Source of the DNA: Candidatus Moraniibacteriota bacterium
GTDB lineage: Bacteria > Patescibacteriota > Minisyncoccia > Moranbacterales > GCA-2747515
Assembly: GCA_046116545.1 (NCBI GenBank)
Contig: CP175956.1
Coordinates: 833,734-897,733 of the forward strand
DNA: 64,000 nucleotides
Reading direction: 5' to 3'
Positions 19,703 to 28,247 of the stretch are shown piece by piece (position 1 is the first letter of the stretch; the number at the start of each line of letters is the position of its first letter). The notes below the pieces were generated by a model, which was not told the DNA's origin, made no database searches, and saw only the letters and a program-made list of their open reading frames with translations. The position numbers and the translations under genes were made by a program.

Positions 19703-20407
19703 TTATATTTTAATCAACTCTATGTAATAGGATTGATCTGAATATAATATACAATCAGAGCTATTACCAACCTGTCCTAGCTGCCACCCATTTTTTTTAA
19801 GATGAGCATTAACTTCAGCATACACTCTCAATCCATCATCCGTGCTCATGCTTATGCCCTCAGTAACATAATAAACATCATCAATCGACATAATTCCATC
19901 CGACGAACGCTTTCCACACTGCTCCGCAATAAAGGTTGTGATGGTGTTCAAAAAATACTGAACCATTTTTTCAAAAGTCGCTTCCCACGCATCATCAAAA
20001 TCAACTGATGTCACAATCTCCGCTGGTTTAAATCTTGAATTAAAAACTAATGTATTTTCACCTGTTGCGTCATTATGTTTGCAACTTATGTCAAATTCAT
20101 TATATTTTTTTTCAAGTACCTGGAGAATGCCGTCAAATAAATTATTTTCTGGCTGAAATGTATTATTCTTTCTATTTATGATACCCATATTATTTGACCA
20201 TTCAAAAACTCCTGCATCATGTTTATCATAATCCCCGTTTAATTCTGTGTACAGATTAATTCTGGGCAATCTACGCATAGAACTTGATGAGTCCGATGAT
20301 GTAAATTCACGCAAATATTCATCAATTAAACTTGATAAAACAATAACGGCTCTCATGATAGTATTATCAAACCTTTTCTGCATTTTATCATTATAAAATT
20401 GTGACAT
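19703..20407 (-). CDS. Hypothetical protein
   Basis: 234-aa ORF with no recognisable motif. Long flanking intergenic regions on both sides. Confidence 0.4.
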   Translation of the reverse strand: MSQFYNDKMQKRFDNTIMRAVIVLSSLIDEYLREFTSSDSSSSMRRLPRINLYTELNGDYDKHDAGVFEWSNNMGIINRKNNTFQPENNLFDGILQVLEKKYNEFDISCKHNDATGENTLVFNSRFKPAEIVTSVDFDDAWEATFEKMVQYFLNTITTFIAEQCGKRSSDGIMSIDDVYYVTEGISMSTDDGLRVYAEVNAHLKKNGWQLGQVGNSSDCILYSDQSYYIELIKI

Positions 20408-20559
20408 TTTCCTCTCCCTTTTCTATTTGTTAAACAACTATATTAATTTACATTTATAATATTGAGAAAATTCTCAATAAGATATAATAACATCAAACAC
20501 CTATATTGTCAATCATTTGACAACATATTATCTATATGCAAAAATATAATTACAATTAA

Positions 20560-20735
20560 ATATTGACTATGAAGTAGCGTAACTAACTATGGAGTCAACG
20601 TAATTATTTGCAAACGTTATCTGCAAAAACCAAGAGTGCCCACAACAAAATGTAAATTTGGGAAACTGAGTGGAACCGCCCTATCAAATAGGGTCTCAGT
20701 ATTGATTTATTATTTGTTGTTGGTGCTTTTTTGTT
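20560..20735 (+). promoter_or_regulatory. Candidate T-box riboswitch leader for thrS (Thr-specific)
   Basis: aaactgagtggaaccgccc matches the T-box consensus AAnnnGGGTGGnACCGCG at about 12 of 18 positions. Its UGGA would pair with a tRNA 3' UCCA; both Thr tRNAs in this window have discriminator U. An upstream stem ttgact..agtcaa encloses AGTAG and ACT-A (ACU Thr codon) candidates. A downstream hairpin ccctatcaaataggg could be the terminator. Confidence 0.3.
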
Positions 20736-20757
20736 TTTATGAAAAAGCAAAAATACA

Positions 20758-20880
20758 ACCTCTTCTCCTTTTGGGGGAAGGTGCCCGACAGGGCGGATGG
20801 GGGGACATGTCATCAAAAACTATATTGTTCAAAACAATAACCCCTCACCCCAACCCTCTCCCTATGGGAGAGGGCGTTTC
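20758..20880. repeat. Pair of dispersed hairpin repeats (family A variant then family B) inside the thrS leader region
   Basis: cctcttctccttttgggggaaggtgcccgacagggcggatggggggacatg, and cccctcaccccaaccctctccctatgggagagggcgtttc. Confidence 0.8.
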
Positions 20881-20903
20881 TAATATACTAACTCACTAAA
20901 ACT

Positions 20904-22667
20904 ATGTGTGGAGAACAAACAAAAGAAATTGACGTGAAGAGACACTCAGCAGCTCATATCCTTGCGATGGCTGTGCTTGATTTACACCCAGATGCTAAAC
21001 TTGGCATCGGACCAGTTATTGATGATGGATTTTATTATGACTTTGAGACCCAAAATCCTATCACAGAAGATGAACTCAAGAAAATTGAAAAAAAGATGAA
21101 GAAACTAATTTCACAAAATATTGATTTTGAGAAAAGTGAATTAGATATCGATGAAGCAAAAGCAAAATTTGAAGCTGATGGTCAAAAATATAAAGTTGAA
21201 ATTATAGATGATTTGAAAAAAGAAGGTGAAAAAACTATTTCAATTTATAAATCAAAAGATTTTGAAGATCTTTGTCGTGGACCTCATGTAGAAAATTCAA
21301 AAGAAATTAACGCCAAGGCACTCAAAATTACTAGACTAGCTGGAGCATATTGGAAAAGTGATGAAAATCGTGAACAACTAACTCGTATTTACGGTGTACT
21401 TTTTGAAACAAACGAAGAGCTTGCTGAATATAATCAAAGGCTAGTAGAAGCAAAAAAACGAGATCACAGAAAACTTGGTAAAGAATTAGATTTATTTACT
21501 TTTTCAGAGACTGTTGGAAGTGGATTGCCAATGTTAACAGAGAAAGGAGCTACGGTGCGAAGAGTGCTTGAAAGATTTATTGTGGATGAAGAACTACGTC
21601 GTGGATATAAACATGTTTATACACAAGATATTGCAAAAGTTGATCTTTATAAAAAATCTGGACATTATCCATATTACAAAGATTCGATGTACGCACCTAT
21701 AGAAATTGATGGCGAGCAATTCATGTTGCGTCCAATGACTTGTCCTCATCATTTCGAGTTATTTTTACGAAAGCCTCATAGTTATAGAGACTTGCCTGTG
21801 CGATATGCTGAACTTGCAAAACTTTATAGATATGAACAATCAGGCGAACTATCAGGACTTATGCGTGTGCGATCATTTACATTAGCTGATGCACATATAT
21901 TTTGTGCTGATGCTGAGCAAGCTGGTAGCGAAATATCCAAAGCGTTGGATTTAATTGATTTCATAGCAGAAAAATTTGGATTAAAAATGGGAGAAGACTA
22001 TTGGTATACACTAGCATTGGGAGATAGAACCGATGAAAAGAAATACTACAAAGATGATGCTGCATGGGACACTGCCGAAGATGTATTGCGAAATATATTA
22101 GAAAATAGAAATTGTCATTTCACAGAAGAAATAAATGGAGCTGCATTTTATGGTCCTAAAATAGACATCCAAATGAAAAATGTTTCTGGGAAGGAAGATA
22201 CTGCATTCACTGTTCAATATGACTTTGTAATGCCTAAACGATTTGACCTAAATTATACAAATGAATCTGGTGAAAAACAAGAAACTATTGTTGTGCACAG
22301 ATCTTCAATTGGAGCGCTCGAAAGAATTATGGCATTTCTCATCGAACATTATGCAGGCGCATTTCCACTATGGCTCTCCCCTGTTCAAGCTGTTGTAATA
22401 CCAGTATCTGACAAATTTAATGATTATGGTCAAAGTGTAGTAGAACGTCTACAGCAAGAAGGTTTCCGTGCTGAGCTAGATAATGACTCCGAGACGCTTG
22501 GAAAGCGTATACGAGTCGCTCAGAAAGCAAAGACACCTTATATGCTAGTAGTTGGTGAAAAAGAAGTGACTGATACTACTGTTGCCGTACGTTCACGTGA
22601 TAATGGCGATGAAGGAGTTATAAGTATTGATGATTTTGTTGAAAAAATGAAAGAAGAAATCAACTAG
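20904..22667 (+). CDS. thrS: Threonyl-tRNA synthetase (short form without N-terminal TGS domain)
   Basis: HSAAHILAMAV (editing-domain-like start), class II core FMLRPMTCPHHFELF...RVRSFTLADAHIF, and a C-terminal anticodon-binding domain. Confidence 0.9.
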   Translation: MCGEQTKEIDVKRHSAAHILAMAVLDLHPDAKLGIGPVIDDGFYYDFETQNPITEDELKKIEKKMKKLISQNIDFEKSELDIDEAKAKFEADGQKYKVEIIDDLKKEGEKTISIYKSKDFEDLCRGPHVENSKEINAKALKITRLAGAYWKSDENREQLTRIYGVLFETNEELAEYNQRLVEAKKRDHRKLGKELDLFTFSETVGSGLPMLTEKGATVRRVLERFIVDEELRRGYKHVYTQDIAKVDLYKKSGHYPYYKDSMYAPIEIDGEQFMLRPMTCPHHFELFLRKPHSYRDLPVRYAELAKLYRYEQSGELSGLMRVRSFTLADAHIFCADAEQAGSEISKALDLIDFIAEKFGLKMGEDYWYTLALGDRTDEKKYYKDDAAWDTAEDVLRNILENRNCHFTEEINGAAFYGPKIDIQMKNVSGKEDTAFTVQYDFVMPKRFDLNYTNESGEKQETIVVHRSSIGALERIMAFLIEHYAGAFPLWLSPVQAVVIPVSDKFNDYGQSVVERLQQEGFRAELDNDSETLGKRIRVAQKAKTPYMLVVGEKEVTDTTVAVRSRDNGDEGVISIDDFVEKMKEEIN

Positions 22668-22683
22668 ATTATTTAGTCACGTA

Positions 22684-22771
22684 GTCTTTGCGAGGAGGTA
22701 CGACGAAGCAACCTCGTTAAGATTATTGATATCATTACGGAGATTGCTTCGTCGTACCTCCTCGCAATGAC
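22684..22771. repeat. MITE-like palindromic element E2
   Basis: gtctttgcgaggaggtacgacgaagcaa ... ttgcttcgtcgtacctcctcgcaatgac: near-perfect 28-bp inverted arms, immediately 3' of the thrS stop. Confidence 0.8.
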
Positions 22772-22832
22772 CTAAAAAAATTAAAAGACAGTATCATTGT
22801 GATACTGTCTTTTGCTTTTGTGTCATTCATCT

Positions 22833-22996
22833 CTTTTAAACTTTATGTCATATTCTCCAGTTATGACAGGTCCTCCATTTTTATACGGAAAAGCTTTTAG
22901 AGAGTATACCTCCTTTGTGCCATCTTCACGAACTAACTTTAACTGTTGACCGTTTTCATCCCTAATAATTTCTATTCCAATAAATTCACCTGACAC
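22833..22996 (-). CDS. Small hypothetical protein (54 aa) with GTG start and strong RBS; not in ORF track
   Basis: The reverse complement reads AAGGAGG, then 5 nt, then GTG...VSGEFIGIEIIRDENGQQLKLVREDGTKEVYSLKAFPYKNGGPVITGEYDIKFKRDE*. Confidence 0.35.
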
Positions 22997-23054
22997 ACTT
23001 GCCTCCTTCTTTTTTAAAATGTACTATGTATATAATAAAATAATTATACTAACC

Positions 23055-23999
23055 ATGTCTAAAAAGTCAATCACAATCATCGGACCAACAGCATCTGGCA
23101 AATCAGATATGGCTATTGGCATTGCAAAAAAATTCAATGGTGAAATCATTAGTGCTGACTCTAGACAAATTCATAGATATTTAGATATAGGAACAGGCAA
23201 AGAGCCTGGCAAAATAACTCTAAATCAAAATCGCGGACCCTATACAAAAAAAGCATATTTAAGTAGCGGTGTCCCACATTATATGATTGACATCATACAG
23301 CCCAATACTATTTACAATGTTCAAAAATTTGTAAAAAAATCAAAAAATATTCGAAACGATATATGGGCAAGAAACAAACTTCCAATTGTAGCAGGAGGCA
23401 CTATGTTCTGGGCACAAGCATTACTAGAAAACTCATCCTTCCCAGCCGTAAAACCAAATACGTTATTACGTAGTGTATTACGTAATAAATCTACTGAGAC
23501 ATTATATGAAAAATTACAAAAACTAGATCCAGTATTTGCAAAAAAAGTAGATAAAAATAATCCTGTAAGACTTATACGCGCAATTGAAATAGCAACAGAA
23601 TTAGGAAGTGTACCAGAACCCAAAGTAACAAAAATCAATCCAGATGAACATCTTATAATAGCAATCTCACATCCCCGAGAAATACTCTTTGATAGAATTG
23701 AAAAAAGAATGGACAAATGGTTTGATGAAGGAATTTTCCAAGAAATAAAAAATGCACACTATAAACTAAAAGTACCATGGAGTAGACTTGAAGGATTTGG
23801 ACTAGAATACAAATGGTGTACTAAATATGTACGAGGCCAAATCTCTTTTGAACAAATGCGAGAAAATACTATCAGAGATCTCAAAAAATATGCACGCAGA
23901 CAAGAAACATGGATTCGCCGCTGGGAAAAACAAGGCACAAAAATTCATCGCATCACCATAGAAAAGGATGCTATAAAAATTTGCAAAGATTTTTTATAA
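23055..23999 (+). CDS. miaA: tRNA dimethylallyltransferase
   Basis: IIGPTASGKSDMAIGIAKKFNGEIISADSRQIHRYLDIGTGK is the MiaA P-loop signature. The start is taken at the internal MSKKSI; the track ORF starts at 23019. Confidence 0.85.
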   Translation: MSKKSITIIGPTASGKSDMAIGIAKKFNGEIISADSRQIHRYLDIGTGKEPGKITLNQNRGPYTKKAYLSSGVPHYMIDIIQPNTIYNVQKFVKKSKNIRNDIWARNKLPIVAGGTMFWAQALLENSSFPAVKPNTLLRSVLRNKSTETLYEKLQKLDPVFAKKVDKNNPVRLIRAIEIATELGSVPEPKVTKINPDEHLIIAISHPREILFDRIEKRMDKWFDEGIFQEIKNAHYKLKVPWSRLEGFGLEYKWCTKYVRGQISFEQMRENTIRDLKKYARRQETWIRRWEKQGTKIHRITIEKDAIKICKDFL

Positions 24000-24113
24000 A
24001 TATACACCTATTCGAATCCTATTACTCCAACCAATTTTTTACAAATAAAAAAAGTGATAACAAATGTTCTTGTTATCACTTTATAGAAAATACAATCAAA
24101 AGACTATACTTTA

Positions 24114-24659
24114 CTACCACTGTGCGATTTCGCCAATGGCATCAACTGTGCTCCCCACATGCATACGTTGAATAACAGCTGAATTTACGTCACCATTCTC
24201 ACGTAATTCATCAATAACTTGTTGGACTGTACCAACTCCATTATCCATTTCAAATCCATGGACGCTAATTTCGTCGCCCTCAATCTGAGTTTTCATGACA
24301 CGACCCAACAGATAATCAAAATATTTCCCTTGTTCGAGAAGTTTTTCTGCTACTTCCCTACTCATTGGTGTAGGGTCATAATGCATAAACCCCATACCCT
24401 GTGGCCTTGCTGTATTATACAATGCTGCAAGAACATCAGCCTTATTCAATCCTGTGATAGAGACATCTCCATCAACCAGTTTACTTATAGGCTCACTCAT
24501 CACAGCACGCGCTGCAATCAGTGCTTTCTTTGGGTTTCTGATACCACAAAAAGTTGCAGCAATATTTCGTCCACGTTTTTTCTGAAATTTTGCATGTGCT
24601 ACCACATACTCTGCTGAACCTTGCTGTAATGTCCGTAAAAAAGATTTTGTTATTGACAT
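24114..24659 (-). CDS. Hypothetical protein (noticeably higher GC than neighbours)
   Basis: 181-aa ORF with no recognised motif. It sits immediately downstream of the 24705-25634 ORF on the same strand. Confidence 0.4.
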   Translation of the reverse strand: MSITKSFLRTLQQGSAEYVVAHAKFQKKRGRNIAATFCGIRNPKKALIAARAVMSEPISKLVDGDVSITGLNKADVLAALYNTARPQGMGFMHYDPTPMSREVAEKLLEQGKYFDYLLGRVMKTQIEGDEISVHGFEMDNGVGTVQQVIDELRENGDVNSAVIQRMHVGSTVDAIGEIAQW

Positions 24660-24704
24660 TTATCTCTCTCCTGTTAAAAAATATTGAACTACTTAATAAG
24701 TATT

Positions 24705-25634
24705 TCAGTCGTATGAAAACCGTACAGTTTTCAATTCTTCTTCTATAGCTGGTCTTACAATTAAACCATTTTTAAACATTTTATCTGTAAATGACAATCG
24801 AGAATGCACATCAACATGTGGCATGACTTCGTTAGTCATCATGTACCCATACGAACCATCTTCAAATTTGCTAGGAGAAGTGTAAAGACGTGCGTATTGC
24901 CATCTAGTTCCTCCATCTTGTGTATACTTTACACATTGACCTGCCAAAGCGTCGAGTCCTTCAACAGAAAACACGTCAGAATCGGTTCGATGTGGCTCAT
25001 TCTTACCACGGGTCTTCTTGATGATATCATCTAATTTGTCACATTTATCATAAGAAAGTGGTGCATCTTGACCTTTGAGTAAATGATAACGCTCAGTAAG
25101 GTCCTTCCATCGAGTCTTACTACTCTCGTAAGACATGTAATCCGTACGACAGTCATGGTACTCTGGTGTAGGAAGCTTTAAGTCATCCACTTGATGAATT
25201 GCATAAATCGGACCAACTGTACCCATTGAAGTATCTTGAACCTCTTGATAAATAATAGCACCAAGTCGATTCAACAACTGTTCAATAAACTCGTCCCATC
25301 TACCGCTACCACTACCCCAACAATTCCAGAATCCCCACGGAGTATGAATTTTACCTGGCTGGCCATAATAAAACTCGATATATAATCCACGTTTTGTCTG
25401 AGAATTAAAAGAGTTTACACCACCATCTCGCCTGTCATCAAGCCATGGCATATCAGAATCATCACTTACATTTGGTGTGGCATATTCATATACCATATCG
25501 GCAATCGCCCTGACTGCCAAATACAATTGAAAATCATCCATTTCATTTGGATTATCTGTATATGTAATCACAGAACCCATAGAATTACCATTTACATCAG
25601 TCACACCATCAAGAACTTTAATAAGGTCACTCAT
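24705..25634 (-). CDS. Hypothetical protein (higher GC than neighbours)
   Basis: 309-aa ORF. Trp/Gly-rich region GFWNCWGSGSGRWDEF. No signal peptide and no recognised domain. Confidence 0.4.
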   Translation of the reverse strand: MSDLIKVLDGVTDVNGNSMGSVITYTDNPNEMDDFQLYLAVRAIADMVYEYATPNVSDDSDMPWLDDRRDGGVNSFNSQTKRGLYIEFYYGQPGKIHTPWGFWNCWGSGSGRWDEFIEQLLNRLGAIIYQEVQDTSMGTVGPIYAIHQVDDLKLPTPEYHDCRTDYMSYESSKTRWKDLTERYHLLKGQDAPLSYDKCDKLDDIIKKTRGKNEPHRTDSDVFSVEGLDALAGQCVKYTQDGGTRWQYARLYTSPSKFEDGSYGYMMTNEVMPHVDVHSRLSFTDKMFKNGLIVRPAIEEELKTVRFSYD

Positions 25635-25810
25635 GGTATCGCCTCCATATTGATTTTATAAGGAATTGCTTAATAAAAAAGCTATATTTACATGTTAAAC
25701 AACAATGTATTAATATAACACACTTCATTAAATTTGTCAACTTATATTCCTTAAATTCTACTCCAAAACTGAATTTAAAAGTGTTCGAACCTTATATCAT
25801 ATACTCAACA

Positions 25811-25839
25811 CAAAACCACTCTTACATAAGAGTGGTTTT
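25811..25839 (-). terminator. Intrinsic terminator after gatB
   Basis: aaaaccactcttacataagagtggttttt: perfect stem with flanking A/T runs. Confidence 0.55.
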
Positions 25840-25861
25840 TAAAATAAATCCAAAAATTAGG

Positions 25862-27334
25862 CTATTTCAATTTCTCTTTTAAAATCTCCATAACCATTTG
25901 AGGATTTGCCTTTCCTCCTGTTTCTTTCATTACTTGTCCCATAAGATATTTGATTGCATTCTCTTTTCCTGCTTTATAGTCATCAACAGATGACTGATTT
26001 GCAGCAAGTACATCATCAACATGCTTCTCTAACTCGCCTGAATCAGAAACTTGTGCTAGATTTTTTTCTTCAATTATATGACTTGGATCATCGTCATCGC
26101 CATAATACATTTCAGAAAGAACTGTTTGAGCAGCTGAAGAGTTAATTGTACCATCTGCAACAATTCCAATAAGTTCTGCGAAATTTTCTGCAGAAATACT
26201 AATATCTGTGATTTTTTGATTTTCTTTAGACATTATTCCCTGTAATTCTCCTACAAGATAATTTGCTGCAAGTTTAATTGCTTTTTGTATATCTGATTTC
26301 ATTTCACCAGACTTATTCTTATCCAGCAACTCACTTACCACATTCTCAAAAAATCCTGCAGTATCTTTATCAGCTGTTATAACTGCACAATTCCCTTCAC
26401 TAAGATCATATTCTTTTTTAAATCTTTCTTCTTTTTGATGCGGTAGCTCAGGTAAAGTTCTTTTTAATTCTTCAATATATTCATCTGTAAAAATCATTGG
26501 AGGAATATCTGGTTCTGGAAAATACCTATAATCATTTGCATTTTCTTTTTTACGCTGTGAAACAGTTTTACCTTTATTATCATCCCAACCACGAGTTTCT
26601 TGTGCGATTGACTCTCCAGCATCAAGAGCTTTTCCTTGTCTTATAATTTCAAATTCAATTGATTTTTCTACAACTTTAAATGAGTTAAGATTTTTAATCT
26701 CAACTTTTTGTCCGCTCAATTTATCTTCACCGTCTTTATAAAGAGAGACATTTACTTCACAACGCATCTGTCCTCGCTCCATATCCGCATCTGCAATATC
26801 AAGATAACGAAATACTTGCTGAATTTTTTGACAAAATAATCTAGCTTCTGCACCTGTTTTAATATCTGGTTCAGTTACAAGCTCCATAAGTGGCACTCCG
26901 GCACGATTCAAATCAACCAAAGTGTAATTAGCACCTTTTGGATGAGTTGATTTGCCTGTGTCTTCCTCCATATGAATACGAGTGATACCTATCTCCCTAT
27001 CACCTATAGTAATCTTACCAAGTCCACAAAGTGGCATATCAAATTGAGAAATCTGATACCCTTTTGGTAAATCAGGATAAAAATAATTCTTTCTATCAAA
27101 TTTACTTGTACGTGCAATTTCACAATTAAGTGCTAACCCCGCCTTTTGCACAAATTCAATAGCTTGCCTATTTGGCACAGGTAAACTTCCAGGTTGTGCA
27201 GTTGTCACTGGATCAATTGATACATTTGGCCTATCTTCCATACCCAAATGATTTGGAGCTGATGAAAACATTTTTGATTTAGTTTTCAACTCAACATGGA
27301 TTTCCATTCCCACTGTTACATTATATTTACTCAT
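25862..27334 (-). CDS. gatB: Asp/Glu-tRNA(Asn/Gln) amidotransferase subunit B
   Basis: YNVTVGMEIHVELKTKSKMFSSAP is the GatB N-terminal signature, with a C-terminal YqeY/GatB tail. Confidence 0.9.
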   Translation of the reverse strand: MSKYNVTVGMEIHVELKTKSKMFSSAPNHLGMEDRPNVSIDPVTTAQPGSLPVPNRQAIEFVQKAGLALNCEIARTSKFDRKNYFYPDLPKGYQISQFDMPLCGLGKITIGDREIGITRIHMEEDTGKSTHPKGANYTLVDLNRAGVPLMELVTEPDIKTGAEARLFCQKIQQVFRYLDIADADMERGQMRCEVNVSLYKDGEDKLSGQKVEIKNLNSFKVVEKSIEFEIIRQGKALDAGESIAQETRGWDDNKGKTVSQRKKENANDYRYFPEPDIPPMIFTDEYIEELKRTLPELPHQKEERFKKEYDLSEGNCAVITADKDTAGFFENVVSELLDKNKSGEMKSDIQKAIKLAANYLVGELQGIMSKENQKITDISISAENFAELIGIVADGTINSSAAQTVLSEMYYGDDDDPSHIIEEKNLAQVSDSGELEKHVDDVLAANQSSVDDYKAGKENAIKYLMGQVMKETGGKANPQMVMEILKEKLK

Positions 27335-27355
27335 GTTATTGCTATTACAAACTAA

Positions 27356-27721
27356 TTATCTATTATCACCATCTCCATGTATTTTATTCCTCATCAATCT
27401 ACTTTGTGTCTTTTTGATATTACCCTCTGCGACATCATCCAAATTCAGATTTAATTCTGTAGCCAGCTGTGCAATATACCAGAGAACGTCTCCCAACTCC
27501 TTTGCAATCTCTGCACGTGTTTCATCATTTATTTTCCCACCTTTATCCCTAATAACTTTTTTAATTTTTTCTGCCACCTCGCCTGTTTCACCCGCAATTC
27601 CCAAAACTGGAAAAATAAAGTTGTTATCCTTATCTGGATAAACTGCATGTTTGCGTGTTTTCTTTTGATACTCACTAAACTTCATAATACTTTTAATCTT
27701 TATATTATCTACCTTATTCAA
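27356..27721 (-). CDS. MazG-like nucleoside triphosphate pyrophosphohydrolase (all-alpha NTP-PPase)
   Basis: FSEYQKKTRKHAVYP...LGIAGETGEVAEKIKKVIRDKGG...ELGDVLWYIAQLATELNLNLDDV is the MazG/dimeric-dUTPase-superfamily EExxE/D pattern. Confidence 0.75.
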   Translation of the reverse strand: MNKVDNIKIKSIMKFSEYQKKTRKHAVYPDKDNNFIFPVLGIAGETGEVAEKIKKVIRDKGGKINDETRAEIAKELGDVLWYIAQLATELNLNLDDVAEGNIKKTQSRLMRNKIHGDGDNR

Positions 27722-27727
27722 CTAATT

Positions 27728-28153
27728 TTATTTAAGCCCTGTGCTACCAAATCCACCGTCACCTCTTTGTGTCTCATCAAGTTCATCTACTTCTTCTATA
27801 ATAGGACATTCTACCCTTTGAATCAACATTTGTGCTATCTTATCTCCTTTATTTATTTTATAATCTTTTTTGGACAAATTTCTTATGATAACACCAATTT
27901 CACCACGATAATTACTATCAATTACACCACCCATTGTTTTAAGACCACCTTTAAAAGCAATGCCACTCTTATCCCAAATAAGCCCTACAAATCCGTCAGG
28001 GATTGCCATACTAATCCCAGTTTGACATGCTACTATGTCTCCAGGACTTAACACGATATCCTCAATAGAATATAACTCCATTGCAGCATCTCCTTCAATA
28101 GTATATTGTGGTAATTTTGCTTCTGGATTAATCTTTTTTATTTTAATATTCAT
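27728..28153 (-). CDS. dut: dUTP diphosphatase (trimeric dUTPase)
   Basis: AMELYS, GLIWDKSG, GVIDSNYRGEIGVIIRN and GDKIAQ are dUTPase motifs. Confidence 0.9.
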   Translation of the reverse strand: MNIKIKKINPEAKLPQYTIEGDAAMELYSIEDIVLSPGDIVACQTGISMAIPDGFVGLIWDKSGIAFKGGLKTMGGVIDSNYRGEIGVIIRNLSKKDYKINKGDKIAQMLIQRVECPIIEEVDELDETQRGDGGFGSTGLK

Positions 28154-28247
28154 ACTTTTAAAAATTCATTAACTATACTAGTCTATCAAATTCAAAGGAA
28201 AATTAAAAGACCCTATCTTTGTTAAGATAAGGTCTTTGCAAGCTAAT

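Noticed and set aside
24114-25634. Assigning the two GC-rich hypotheticals to a named defence or toxin-antitoxin family
   Set aside because: No recognisable catalytic or domain signature could be read by eye. Any such label would be invention.
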